Positions 19,133-29,308 of a stretch of DNA of 64,000 bases are shown here, piece by piece (position 1 is the first letter of the stretch; the number at the start of each line of letters is the position of its first letter). This DNA comes from Anaerolineae bacterium (GTDB lineage Bacteria; Chloroflexota; Anaerolineae; UBA1429), in assembly GCA_040768605.1 (NCBI GenBank), contig JAXGMP010000005.1, forward strand, positions 136,132 to 200,131, written 5' to 3'. A model generated the notes under the pieces. The model had not been told where the DNA came from. It was given only the letters and a program-made list of their open reading frames with translations, and made no database searches. The position numbers and the translations under genes are program-made.

Positions 19133-22120
19133 CTAGGGGCGCAATCCAAAGGCCACGAAGGTGTAGGCGTCCGTCCACGGGCGCCAGCCCCACACGTTCT
19201 CTTCCTTGTAGAAGGTGGACGGGTAGGTCGTCCAGCTCTCTCCCTCGAGCAGGTGGTGCGGGCCCAGCAGGTTGCGCAGGCTGCCGGTGATCTCCAGGGT
19301 CAGGGTGTTCTCCCCGGCGCGCAGCAACCCCTCCAGATCGGCCCAGTAGGGCCGCCAGAACCACTGGCCAGCCCGCTGGCCGTTCACCGTCAGCGCCACC
19401 GAGTTGGCCATCTTGTCCGACAGGGTCAGGCAACGTCCAGCCACCTCTTTTGCATCCAGCGTCAGGGTGTGGCTCAGGCGCACGCTGCCCGCATAGAAGG
19501 GCAGGCCCTGGGGCGTCAGGTCGCCGAGTGTCACCGCCTCCGGCAGGGGGCCGATGACGAACGGCCCCTCATAGCGCGACGCGCCGCGGGGTAGTGGTTC
19601 CCAGGCGCCCGGGGTGTGCACGGCAAAGGGGCCGATCAGATAGATGGCCTCGATCTCGGCATCGAAGGTCAGCTTGTTCTTCTCCGCCTCGAACACGCGC
19701 GCGCGCCGCAGCGCCTCGTACACCTCGGGGGGCTGGCGGAAGGTCGTCGTGAGGGTCAGGAGGTTGCTGCCGGGCCGCAGCAGGCCATCGATCGGCACCT
19801 TGCGGAAAGACGTGTCGCGGTAGTAGCCCGCCTCCGCAAGGGGAACGGGCTGCCCGTTGACCTCCAGCCGGAAGCGTTCCGGCCGCTCCAGCACCAGGCA
19901 GGTGCCCTGGCCGGGCGCAAAGCCGGGGGCTACCTCCACGCGGTATTCCATGCGGATCTCCACCGGCCGTTCGAGCTCCAGCGCGCGCGGCTGGATGACG
20001 CTCACGTGCTCACGTTCGGCCTGCAGGGCGCCGTCGAACCAGAAGGCGCAATGGTCTAGCGTCAGCGCGTTGGGGTCGAGGAGTTCGAGCTGCCAGTCCC
20101 CGCCCAGGTCCTCCACCGTCAGCGGCACGCGCTCGGCCGTCTCCGCGCTCGCCGACAGGTCGGCAAAGGCCTCCGCGCTGTCGCTGACCAGGAGCGCCAG
20201 CGATCCGCGCTCGGGGAACTCGTGCGTGAAGGTGATCTTGTCCCCGTCCCGCCGAGCGGGCAGCCGCCCGAGAGCGCCGTCCTCGATGGACAGCCGGGCC
20301 GCCGCGGCCCCGGGCAGGCGCACTGAGGCCTGATAGCCGGCCTCGACCGACCTGTTGGCCAGGAAGTAGAAGCGCAGGTCGCTGCCGGCCAGGCTGGCGG
20401 GCAGCGTGCGCCAGGTCGCGGCGATGTCGGCGATCTCGCGGCCGTCGGCATCCGCCACCGAGATGGGGCGCACGCCCGGCGGCAGGGCGGCGGGCAGCGC
20501 GGCGGCGTCTGCGACGCGGCGCCCCCGGCCAAGCAGGCGCGCCAGTTCGCCCGAGGGCTCCCCCTCCAGCAGGGAGGGCTGCCGGCCGACCCACAGGAGG
20601 GTACCCCCGCCCGCGACGAATGCATCCAGAAGCGCCACCGTGCTGGAGGCCAACGTGTCGCAGGGCGGCACCACCACGACGCTGTAGGCTTGCTCACCGA
20701 CGCGCAGACGGGCGCCTTCCGCCCGCCCGTAGCGCCGCAGGATGCGCTCGTCCCCATAGTGCAGGGGCACGTGGGCGCCCTCCAGGGCGGCCGTCACGGC
20801 GAGGAAATCGTCGTTCAGGGCGTCCATCCCCTCGCTGGCGTCGGCGTCGTAGCAAAGCCAGGCCGACGACTGCGGGTGCAGCATCAGGACGTCAAAAGCC
20901 ACGCGCCCCGCGGCGAGGAGCATCCCCACCCTAGAGACGGCGTCGTTCAGGGCGCGATAGTCGTGCCACCAGGGCTGCTGGATGAACAGCGAGGGGGGCC
21001 AATCGCGCTTGCGGATGCCGCGCAGCGAGTAGCCCTGCAGGTGTTGGCACAGCGTGGTGACGCCGCGGACCATCTGCCACTCGAGCATCCACTTGAGCTC
21101 TTCAAAGGTCACGTTCCAGCCGCAGCCGGCGAACGACTCGCTCAGAATGCGCGGCTTGCCCAGCTGATGCGCCACCGAGGCCACCTGTAGCGGCGTGTTG
21201 GCCGGCTCGATGTGGCGGGTGAGCCAGTCCATGCCCGGCATGTGCAAGAACTCGTAATGGGGCATGACGGCGCCGCTGGCGCTCGCCTGCGTGGCGAGGC
21301 GCTCCTCAAAGACCATGTGCCCGGTGAGCAGGGCCCCGTGCGCCTCACACCAGTCGTACAGCTGCTTCATGTACCCGGTCACGAAAAGCTCCTGCGCCAG
21401 GTGCCAGAAGCGGTAGCGGGCGCGCTGGTAACCCGGCAGCGGCTCAAAAAGGAGCGGCAGCACTTCGAGCAGGTCCTCCCCGTAGGCCTGGCGATAGCGC
21501 CCGGGCAGCACCAGCGACCAGGGGATGCCGCTGCGCGCCATCTGCGGCTCATCGGTGAAAAAGCCGGGCAGCGGCCCGCCGAGCGCCTCGGAGTAGCGGT
21601 CGGCATAGGGCGCATAGATCTCCTCGAGGAACAGACGGGTCACCTCGGGGTCCATCACGTCGACATAATAGGGGTTCACATCATAGTAGTAGCGCCACAG
21701 ACGTCCGTCGGGGGAGCGGTGATGGGCCAGGGTACGCCCGTCCGCGCCCTCCGGCGCGGCCTCCGCACGAACGACCTCGCGGCGCAGGTGCTTCTGCTGG
21801 TAGCGCTCCCCGCGCCCGTTGACCCGCCCGTCCGCAAAGCCGCTCGGCCAGCCGTTCTCGTCGTAGGCCCAGGCGTCCATGCCCCTCTGGCCGGCCTCTT
21901 CGATGCCGGCGGAGATGTTGGCGAACCACTCCTCGCCCATGTAGGGCGTCTGCAGGCCGCCGCGGGCGTGCATGAAGTAGCCGCCCAGCCCCGCCGCGTC
22001 CATCTCGGCGATCTGCCGGCGGGTCTCGGAGACGTCCAGACGCTCGTTCCACGACCAGAACGGGATGGGACGGTAGTGCTTGGGCGGATCCTGAAGCATC
22101 CGCAGAAAGTCCTCTCTCAT
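19133..22120 (-). CDS. GH106/alpha-L-rhamnosidase-like large glycoside hydrolase
   Basis: RPIPFWSWN, GGYFMHARGGL, YDENGWPSG, FFTDEP, SESFAGCGW; AAGGAGG RBS. Confidence 0.7.
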   Translation of the reverse strand: MREDFLRMLQDPPKHYRPIPFWSWNERLDVSETRRQIAEMDAAGLGGYFMHARGGLQTPYMGEEWFANISAGIEEAGQRGMDAWAYDENGWPSGFADGRVNGRGERYQQKHLRREVVRAEAAPEGADGRTLAHHRSPDGRLWRYYYDVNPYYVDVMDPEVTRLFLEEIYAPYADRYSEALGGPLPGFFTDEPQMARSGIPWSLVLPGRYRQAYGEDLLEVLPLLFEPLPGYQRARYRFWHLAQELFVTGYMKQLYDWCEAHGALLTGHMVFEERLATQASASGAVMPHYEFLHMPGMDWLTRHIEPANTPLQVASVAHQLGKPRILSESFAGCGWNVTFEELKWMLEWQMVRGVTTLCQHLQGYSLRGIRKRDWPPSLFIQQPWWHDYRALNDAVSRVGMLLAAGRVAFDVLMLHPQSSAWLCYDADASEGMDALNDDFLAVTAALEGAHVPLHYGDERILRRYGRAEGARLRVGEQAYSVVVVPPCDTLASSTVALLDAFVAGGGTLLWVGRQPSLLEGEPSGELARLLGRGRRVADAAALPAALPPGVRPISVADADGREIADIAATWRTLPASLAGSDLRFYFLANRSVEAGYQASVRLPGAAAARLSIEDGALGRLPARRDGDKITFTHEFPERGSLALLVSDSAEAFADLSASAETAERVPLTVEDLGGDWQLELLDPNALTLDHCAFWFDGALQAEREHVSVIQPRALELERPVEIRMEYRVEVAPGFAPGQGTCLVLERPERFRLEVNGQPVPLAEAGYYRDTSFRKVPIDGLLRPGSNLLTLTTTFRQPPEVYEALRRARVFEAEKNKLTFDAEIEAIYLIGPFAVHTPGAWEPLPRGASRYEGPFVIGPLPEAVTLGDLTPQGLPFYAGSVRLSHTLTLDAKEVAGRCLTLSDKMANSVALTVNGQRAGQWFWRPYWADLEGLLRAGENTLTLEITGSLRNLLGPHHLLEGESWTTYPSTFYKEENVWGWRPWTDAYTFVAFGLRP

Positions 22121-22343
22121 GGCTCTCCTCCTTGGCCCTGGCGCGGGGCTGTTCGTCGCGCCGCGCCGCTATCATGATCCCCGCCGGTCGGGCCGCTGTC
22201 AAGAAGGGGCCGGGATGCGGCCGGCGCTGTCGTCGCTTGTCGCCGCGGCGGAACATGGTATGATCGAGTTGGCTCGGCCATATCCTTGTGCATTCTTCCC
22301 TGGCGGCCAAGTGGTCCGCCCCGGCTCCGAACAAGGAGGCGCC

Positions 22344-23777
22344 ATGCGCAGGCTCGCCACGCACGCCGCCGGCATCCTCGGGCGCGCCCTCCTGGCCACC
22401 GTTCTGGCGGCCGGGCTGGCCAGCTGTGCCCCGCTCCTCGCCGAACTCGCCAGCGAGTCGCTCACGGCCCCCGCAGGGTCCACCCCGCCGCCCACCCGGG
22501 TGCCGGCGACGCCGCGTCCTCGCGTGGACGGGTCCCTTTCGGCCGCCGAGGTGTATGCGCGCGTGGCGCCGGGCATCGCCTTCATCGACACGCCCACCGG
22601 CACCGGCAGCGGCATCCTGCTCGAGAGCGGCCACGTGCTCACCAACGCCCACGTGGTGTGGCCGTACGACGAGGCGCGTATCGTCCTGCCCGACGGCAGC
22701 GCCTGGGACGCGGCGCCTGTCGCAGCCTGGGACCTGTTCGTCGACCTGGCCCTTCTCGGCCCTCTGGAGGCCGCCGCCCCCGCCCTGGCCCTCAGCCCCG
22801 GCGAGGACCTCGGCGTGGCCAGCACCGTCTACCTGGTGGGGTACCCCGGCGAGGTGGAGGCGTTTCCGCAGCCGGCCATCTCAGGGGGGCTCATCTCCAG
22901 GTACCGGCAATGGCAGGGGATGGGCATCACCTACCTGCAGGTCGACGCCACCATCACCGGCGGCCAGAGCGGCGGAGCGCTGGTCTCGGAAAACGGCGAC
23001 ATCATCGGCGTATCCGGCTTTTTGTTTGCCAACACCTACGGGCTGATCGCCTCGTCGGAGGACCTGGCGCCGCACATCGCCAGGCTCGTCGATGAGAGCC
23101 GGGCGAACCAGGGGCGCACGGGGTGGTTTCCGCGGGGCGCGGGTTCCAGGCGCCACAATCTCACGCTCGACAACCTGTGGGACACGCGCATGTTCCTGAT
23201 CCAGGAGCCACCGGGCACCACGATCCGGTTTGAGGTGGAGAGCGACAGCGACGTCTACGTCGAGGTGCTGGACGCCTACGGCGACTCGCTGGCACTCGTC
23301 GATGACACGTACTCGGGCTATGAGGAGGGAGAGCTAACCCTGGAGACGCCGGGGCCTCACTTCCTGGTGGTCGCCCAGTCGGATGAGGCCAGGGGGCGCT
23401 TCCGCCTGCAGACCAACCATCCCGTGCTGCCCTATCAGGATGCAGAGGACGGCCGCGTTTTGGCCGTCGGAGAGACCCTCTCCGGCACTATCGATTACCC
23501 CATGGACTTTGACTACTACCTCCTAGACCTACAAGAGGGGCAGACGGTGGAGATCGTCGTGGATTCGGTTATGATCGACCCCTACCTGCGCGTGGACTTT
23601 TGGGGCGCCAGCGGCGAGGAGTACGCCTCCGACGACGACTCTGGGGGCGGCCTGTTCGGCGAGAACTCCCGGCTGATCTACACGGCCCCGCGCGATGACA
23701 CGTATTTCGTGCTGGTTGAAGACGCTCTGCAAGAGTACGGCGGGTACCTTCTCACTGTGGCAGAGCCAACGCCCTGA
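22344..23777 (+). CDS. Trypsin-like (S1C) serine protease lipoprotein with C-terminal PPC-like domains
   Basis: LASC lipobox; TNAHVV, DLALL, GQSGG triad; D.DYY and DDDSGGG PPC-like repeats; AAGGAGG RBS. Confidence 0.8.
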   Translation: MRRLATHAAGILGRALLATVLAAGLASCAPLLAELASESLTAPAGSTPPPTRVPATPRPRVDGSLSAAEVYARVAPGIAFIDTPTGTGSGILLESGHVLTNAHVVWPYDEARIVLPDGSAWDAAPVAAWDLFVDLALLGPLEAAAPALALSPGEDLGVASTVYLVGYPGEVEAFPQPAISGGLISRYRQWQGMGITYLQVDATITGGQSGGALVSENGDIIGVSGFLFANTYGLIASSEDLAPHIARLVDESRANQGRTGWFPRGAGSRRHNLTLDNLWDTRMFLIQEPPGTTIRFEVESDSDVYVEVLDAYGDSLALVDDTYSGYEEGELTLETPGPHFLVVAQSDEARGRFRLQTNHPVLPYQDAEDGRVLAVGETLSGTIDYPMDFDYYLLDLQEGQTVEIVVDSVMIDPYLRVDFWGASGEEYASDDDSGGGLFGENSRLIYTAPRDDTYFVLVEDALQEYGGYLLTVAEPTP

Positions 23778-23796
23778 TGGCGACTACAAAGGGAGC

Positions 23797-24708
23797 ATGA
23801 GCATGACGCAGCACGACCTGAAGAACGAGTCTATCCGCATCGGCACCCTGGTGCAGGGGCGGGACGGCCGCGGAGTGGCCGACTATATCCGGCAGATCCT
23901 CCCCTACGGCTTTGAGAGCCTCAGCCTGTTCTTCTGGCAGACGGCGGCCGGCGTCGATTGGCCGCGCCTCGCCGCGGAGGTGCGCGACGCCCTGGGAGAC
24001 AGCGGGGTGGTCATCTCCTCGCTGGGCCTCTTCGGCAACCCCCTGATCCGTGACGATGCGGTGCGCTACCTCGAAGAGTGCATCGACCACGCCCCCGCCT
24101 TTGGCTGCGACCTCGTCGCGGGGTTTACCGGGCGCCTGCCTGACGTGCCCCTTGACCAGAGCCTGCCCCGCTTCCGCGAGGTCTGGGGCCCGCTGGCGCA
24201 GCGCGCCGCCGATCGCGGCGTGCGCATCGCCTTTGAGAACTGCCCCATGGGCGGCAGCTGGGAGCGCGGTGACCACAACATCGCCCATTCGCCAGACGCC
24301 TGGGAGCGGATGTTCAACGCGCTGCCGATGGACAACCTCGGCCTGCAGTGGGAGCCCTGCCACCAGATGACGCAGCTCATCGACCCGCTGCCGCAGCTGA
24401 AAAAGTGGGTGCACAAGATCCTCAACGTGCACGGCAAGGATGCCTCCATCCACTGGGACGTCATCCGCGAGCACGGCATCAACGGGCCGGTGCCCTGGGT
24501 CTTTCACCGCACGCCCGGCTTTGGCGACAGCAACTGGACCGACATCATCAGCGTCCTGCGCGCCAACAACTACACCGGCAGTATCGACATCGAGGGCTGG
24601 CACGACCCCGTCTACCGCGGCGACCTGGAGATGACCGGGCAGGTGTACGGCCTGAACTACCTGAAGCGCTGCCGTGGCGGCAACTTTGTGCCGAACCCGA
24701 TAGTGTAG
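23797..24708 (+). CDS. Sugar phosphate isomerase/epimerase (AP endonuclease 2 TIM barrel)
   Basis: FENCPM, EPCH, VHGKD, PGFGD, IDIEG. Confidence 0.85.
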   Translation: MSMTQHDLKNESIRIGTLVQGRDGRGVADYIRQILPYGFESLSLFFWQTAAGVDWPRLAAEVRDALGDSGVVISSLGLFGNPLIRDDAVRYLEECIDHAPAFGCDLVAGFTGRLPDVPLDQSLPRFREVWGPLAQRAADRGVRIAFENCPMGGSWERGDHNIAHSPDAWERMFNALPMDNLGLQWEPCHQMTQLIDPLPQLKKWVHKILNVHGKDASIHWDVIREHGINGPVPWVFHRTPGFGDSNWTDIISVLRANNYTGSIDIEGWHDPVYRGDLEMTGQVYGLNYLKRCRGGNFVPNPIV

Positions 24709-24726
24709 CGCGGCGAAACGGGTCAG

Positions 24727-24774
24727 AAGGGCGGTTCCCGCCTCCCCAGCCGGGGAGGCGGGAACCGCCCTTTT
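24727..24774 (+). terminator. Intrinsic terminator, probably bidirectional
   Basis: 21 bp perfect stem aagggcggttcccgcctcccc / ggggaggcgggaaccgccctt plus TTTT, between convergent genes. Confidence 0.8.
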
Positions 24775-24796
24775 GCGCCACGGGGTCCGTGCCGGC

Positions 24797-26251
24797 TTAG
24801 GCGCGGTCGTCCGCAACCACCAGGATCTTAATAAAGTTGGTGGGTCCCCCCTGGACGATCGGGTGCCCACCGGTGACCACCACCGTGTCCCCCACGTTGG
24901 CATACCCGCGATCGATCAGGATGTACTGCACCTGTCGGTAATAGTCCTCTTCGCTGTTCACAAAGGCCGTGCGGATCGGCTGCACCCCCCACAGGAGGCT
25001 CAGGCGCTGGTACGTCTCCGCCGCGGGCGTGAAGGCCAGGATCGGCGCCGCGGGCCGATAGTGAGACACCAACCGCGCGCTGCTGCCGGTACGGGTGACC
25101 ACGCAGAGGGCGCGGACGGGGAGCGCCCGCCCGATAGCGGCGACGGCCGCCCCGACGGCCTGCGGGATGGAGCGCGCCTGGGCAAACTCCTCGTCGGTGG
25201 GCGGCCGCAGCTCCCGATCGCGGGCCGCGCAGGCCTCGATGTCGGCCGCGATGCGGGCCATGAACTCGACGGCGCGCAGCGGATAGCGGCCGATGGCCGT
25301 CTCACCGCTAAGCATGACCGCGTCGCTGCCATCCAGGATGGCGTTGGCCACGTCGCTCACCTCGGCTCGGGTGGGCTGCGGGGAGGTGATCATCGACTCG
25401 AGCATCTGCGTGGCGGTGATCACCGGGATGGCCGCGCGGTTGGCGGCGCGGATGATCGACTTTTGGGCGGCGGGCACCCGCTCCGGCGGCATCTCCACGC
25501 CCAGGTCCCCGCGGGCCACCATGACGCCGTCGGAGACGGCCAGGATGCCATCCAGATGGTCGAGCGCCTCCGGCTTTTCCAGCTTGCTGATCACCGGGGT
25601 GTTGGCCCCCAGGCTGGCGATCAGATCCTTGAGGCTGACCACGTCGGAGGGCTGGCGCACGAACGACAGGGCGACATAATCCACGCCCTGACACAGGCCA
25701 AAGCGCAGGTCCTCGGCGTCCTTGGGGGTGAGCGACGAGGCGGACACCTGCACGCCGGGCAGGTTGATCCCCTGATGGGCGCGCAGGGTGCCGCCGTAGA
25801 CCACCTCGCAGGCGACCTCCGCGCCAGATGCCTCCAGCACCCGCAGCTCGATCAACCCGTCGGAGACGAGTACCCGGTCACCGGGCTGTACGTCGTGCGG
25901 CAGGGCCTCGTACGTGGTGCTCACCCGCTCGGCGGTGCCCTCGACGGGGGCGGTGGTGATGGTGATCCGCTGGCCGGCGCGCAGCTCGACGGGCTGGTCG
26001 CCAACGAGGGAGCCGGTGCGGATCTTGGGGCCCTGCAGGTCCATGAGGATGCCCACCGAGCGGCCCGCCTGGGCCGCCTCGGCGCGCACCATGGCCACAC
26101 GGCGGGCGTGCTCGGCGTGGGTGCCGTGCGAGAGGTTGAGGCGGGCCACGTCCATACCCGCCCCGATCAGGGCGCGCAGCGCCTCGGGCGTGTCGGTGGC
26201 GGGCCCCAGGGTGGCCACGATCTTGGTACGGCGCGAAGGGTATGTGTTCAT
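24797..26251 (-). CDS. pyk: Pyruvate kinase
   Basis: RRTKIVATLGPA, DLQGPKIR, MVARGDLG, ATQMLESM, MLSGETA. Confidence 0.97.
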   Translation of the reverse strand: MNTYPSRRTKIVATLGPATDTPEALRALIGAGMDVARLNLSHGTHAEHARRVAMVRAEAAQAGRSVGILMDLQGPKIRTGSLVGDQPVELRAGQRITITTAPVEGTAERVSTTYEALPHDVQPGDRVLVSDGLIELRVLEASGAEVACEVVYGGTLRAHQGINLPGVQVSASSLTPKDAEDLRFGLCQGVDYVALSFVRQPSDVVSLKDLIASLGANTPVISKLEKPEALDHLDGILAVSDGVMVARGDLGVEMPPERVPAAQKSIIRAANRAAIPVITATQMLESMITSPQPTRAEVSDVANAILDGSDAVMLSGETAIGRYPLRAVEFMARIAADIEACAARDRELRPPTDEEFAQARSIPQAVGAAVAAIGRALPVRALCVVTRTGSSARLVSHYRPAAPILAFTPAAETYQRLSLLWGVQPIRTAFVNSEEDYYRQVQYILIDRGYANVGDTVVVTGGHPIVQGGPTNFIKILVVADDRA

Positions 26252-26391
26252 CTTCCCCCATCCTGCGGCGCCCTGCGCCCTGAGATTGTGCGCAGGGCCG
26301 GGTATGGCCTACTATGTGAGGGGTCGCCGGCCCCAGGTGCCCGCGCCGCTCTGGCCCCTGATCTCATCCCTTTCGGAGGACGCGCAGGCTC

Positions 26392-27129
26392 ATGCCCCAC
26401 CTGCCCCGCTACACTGTTCGCACCAGCCCTAGGGCCAGGCGCGTGTCACTGCGCGTGTCCCCCTCCGGCCAGGTCGAGGTCGTCGCCCCGCCGGGCGTGG
26501 ATGCCGGCTGGATCGACTCAGTAGTCCGCGAACACGGCGCCTGGATCGAGAAGCAGAGGGCCCGCCTGGCCAAGCAGCGCGCGCTGGACGAAGCCGAGCC
26601 CCTCCTGCCCCGCGAGATCGCCTTACGGGCCATCGGCGAGACCTGGCGCGTCGAGTACCATCGTGCCGCCAGCGACAGGGTAACCCTATCGGCGCTCCCA
26701 AACCACTGTCTCAGGATCGAGGGCGCCAGCGATAACGTGGCCCTCTGCCAACGGGCGCTGCGGCGCTGGCTGGCGGAGGTGGCACGAGAGCGCCTGGTGC
26801 CCGGGCTGGAGCGCCTCTCCCGCCGCACCGGGCTACGCTACGCGCGCGTGACCATCCGCGGGCAAAAGACGCGCTGGGGCAGCTGCTCCTCGCGCGGGAC
26901 CATCAGCCTGAACTACAAGCTGCTATTCCTGCCGCCCGCCCTGGTGCGTCACGTCCTGCTGCACGAGCTCTGCCACACCCGCGAGATGAGCCATTCGCCC
27001 GTCTTCTGGGCCGGCCTGTACTCCCTGAGCCCCGACGCCGCCCGCTGCCGGGCCGATCTGCGCTCGGCCTGGCGCTACCTGCCCCGCTGGGTGCAGGAGG
27101 AACCGGGCGGGCCCGGCGCGGACGCCTGA
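26392..27129 (+). CDS. YgjP/DUF45 (SprT-like) zinc metalloprotease-like protein
   Basis: QKTRWGSCS, HELCH...HS..FW. Confidence 0.85.
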   Translation: MPHLPRYTVRTSPRARRVSLRVSPSGQVEVVAPPGVDAGWIDSVVREHGAWIEKQRARLAKQRALDEAEPLLPREIALRAIGETWRVEYHRAASDRVTLSALPNHCLRIEGASDNVALCQRALRRWLAEVARERLVPGLERLSRRTGLRYARVTIRGQKTRWGSCSSRGTISLNYKLLFLPPALVRHVLLHELCHTREMSHSPVFWAGLYSLSPDAARCRADLRSAWRYLPRWVQEEPGGPGADA

Positions 27130-27298
27130 CCACTGGGCCATTATGGTCCATCGCCTCTCCACGCTCAAGGCCGCCGCGGCCCCGGCCGGCAGCGTGCGAG
27201 TGCGGCCGCGCCGTCGTTCTGGTAGAATAGAACTCAGGTGTACTGCCCCCTGGGCGCCTTGGCGCCCCGCCGGTGGGCTATCGGGCAAGGAGCAACAC

Positions 27299-27811
27299 AT
27301 GGACACCCTGAACACGATCCTCGAACGCCGCAGCATCCGCAAGTATCTTCCGCAGCCCATTCCGGCGGAAGACATGAAAAAGATCCTGGAGGCGTGCCGG
27401 CAGGCCCCTTCGGCGGCCAACCGGCAACCGTGGCACTTTGTGATCGTCGGAGACCCGGAGCGCAAGAAGCGCCTGGCCCAGGCCTGCCGCGGGCAGACCT
27501 GGATGGCCGACGCCGCCTATGTCATCGTGGCCGTTGGCCTCCCCGAGGTCAGCGAAAAGTGGTACCGCGTGGACGTGTCGATCGCCATGGAGCATCTGGT
27601 GCTCGCCGCGCACTCCCTCGGCTATGGCACCTGCTGGATCGGCGCCTTCACGCCCGAGGAGGTCAAGGCCGTCTGCGCCCTGCCCGCCACGGCCGAGGTC
27701 GTGGCCTGCGCCCCCTTGGGTGTACCCGATGCCTCTCCCGCGGCACGCCCGCGCAAGGAGTGGGACGAGGTGTTCTCTGGCGAGGTCTTTGGCGAGGGCC
27801 TGAAGCTCTAG
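27299..27811 (+). CDS. Nitroreductase family protein
   Basis: RRSIRKY, APSAANRQPW, GYGTCWIG; AAGGAG RBS. Confidence 0.9.
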   Translation: MDTLNTILERRSIRKYLPQPIPAEDMKKILEACRQAPSAANRQPWHFVIVGDPERKKRLAQACRGQTWMADAAYVIVAVGLPEVSEKWYRVDVSIAMEHLVLAAHSLGYGTCWIGAFTPEEVKAVCALPATAEVVACAPLGVPDASPAARPRKEWDEVFSGEVFGEGLKL

Positions 27812-27884
27812 ATCGTGAGCCGGGCCGCCCCGCGGAACCCTGGCGCGGCCCGGCCGCAGCGTTACCCCCAGATAGGAGCAAAAC

Positions 27885-29222
27885 ATGCCCGCGATCACCC
27901 GGATCGTCAAGAGAACCGGCGCCGTCGTTCCCTTCAGCCGAGAGCGGATCACCAACGCCATCTACCGGGCCGCTGTGGCCGTCGGCGGGCGTGACCGTTC
28001 CATCGCCGAAGGACTGACCGACCAGGTGATCGCCCTCCTGGAGGCCACCACCCCCGCGGGGCATGTCCCCACCGTCGAGGAGATCCAGGACATCGTCGAA
28101 AAGGTCCTGATCGAGAACGGCCACGCGCGGACGGCCAAGGCCTATATCCTTTACCGTGAGGAGCGGGCCAGGCGCCGCCGCGAGCAGGCCGAACGGCTGG
28201 CCCGCTCCGCCGAGATCCCCTGGCACAAGGTCTGGGAGTCGCTGGACTGGGCTGTGAGCCACGGGCTGCACACGGTGCAGGGGCTCAACGAGCGCCTCGC
28301 GCGCGACGAGTTCGCCGAGATCGTCAGGGAGAGCGATCACCGCTACTCGGACGATATCACCAGCGCCTCCGAGTTCATTGCCCAGCGGCAGAGCGAGCTG
28401 CGCGTCGTGATCATTGCCGGGCCGTCCTCGTCGGGCAAGACGACCACGACCATCAAGCTGCGCCACCTCCTGACCAGGCTGGGCCTGCGTCTGGTGCCGC
28501 TCACGGTCGACAACTACTTCTACGACCTACACCTGCACCCCAAGGACGAGTTTGGCGACTATGACTATGAGACGCCCCAGGCCATCGACCTGGCCCTGGT
28601 CAACCAGCACCTGGCCCGCCTGACGAACGGCGAGGAGGTACGCATCCCGTTCTACGACTTTCGCACCGGGCGCCGGCATGAGGAACACACGCCCATGCGG
28701 CTCCGGCCCGGCGAGGTGGTGCTCATCGACAGCCTGCACGGCCTGTACCCGCCCATGACCCAGGATATTGCCGACGAGAACAAGTTCCGGCTCTACATCG
28801 AGCCGCTCCTGCAGATGCGCGACGCGCAGGGCGAATACATCCGCTGGACGGACCTGCGCCTCATGCGGCGCATGGTGCGCGACGCCTCGCAGCGGGCCTA
28901 CAGCCCGCGGCAGACCCTGGAGCACTGGCACTATGTGCGGTCCAGCGAGCTGCGCAACATCATCCCCTACGTGGGCACCGTCGATTACGTGGTGAACAGC
29001 AGCCTCCCGTACGAGCTCCCCATCATGCGGGCGCGCCTCTTGGGGGCCTTTCGCCAGTGGCGCGAGGAGTATCGCGACGACGTTCTGCGCCAGGACGCCG
29101 CTGAGCGCGCCGAACGCGTCTGCCGCGTGCTGGAGGGGGTCGCCGCGGTAGAGGACGAGAGCGCCATCCCGGCCGACTCGCTCCTGCGCGAGTTCATCGG
29201 GGGGAGCTGCTACACGTACTAG
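27885..29222 (+). CDS. ATP-cone domain fused to uridine kinase-like P-loop domain
   Basis: IVKRTG..VPF..ERI and VEEIQDIVEKVL..AKAYILYR (ATP cone); AGPSSSGKTT, DNYF, RLMRRMVRD, LREFIGGS. Confidence 0.85.
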   Translation: MPAITRIVKRTGAVVPFSRERITNAIYRAAVAVGGRDRSIAEGLTDQVIALLEATTPAGHVPTVEEIQDIVEKVLIENGHARTAKAYILYREERARRRREQAERLARSAEIPWHKVWESLDWAVSHGLHTVQGLNERLARDEFAEIVRESDHRYSDDITSASEFIAQRQSELRVVIIAGPSSSGKTTTTIKLRHLLTRLGLRLVPLTVDNYFYDLHLHPKDEFGDYDYETPQAIDLALVNQHLARLTNGEEVRIPFYDFRTGRRHEEHTPMRLRPGEVVLIDSLHGLYPPMTQDIADENKFRLYIEPLLQMRDAQGEYIRWTDLRLMRRMVRDASQRAYSPRQTLEHWHYVRSSELRNIIPYVGTVDYVVNSSLPYELPIMRARLLGAFRQWREEYRDDVLRQDAAERAERVCRVLEGVAAVEDESAIPADSLLREFIGGSCYTY

Positions 29223-29308
29223 GCCTGTGCGGGGCCCCCGGCGGCCGACGGAAATAGGTTCGGATACTGTGGCGCCGTTTCGCTGAGGCACCAATGGAGG
29301 AGTACCCC

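Noticed and set aside
27834-27863. ECF-like promoter GGAACC...CGTT before the ATP-cone gene
   Set aside because: The 20 nt spacer is too long.
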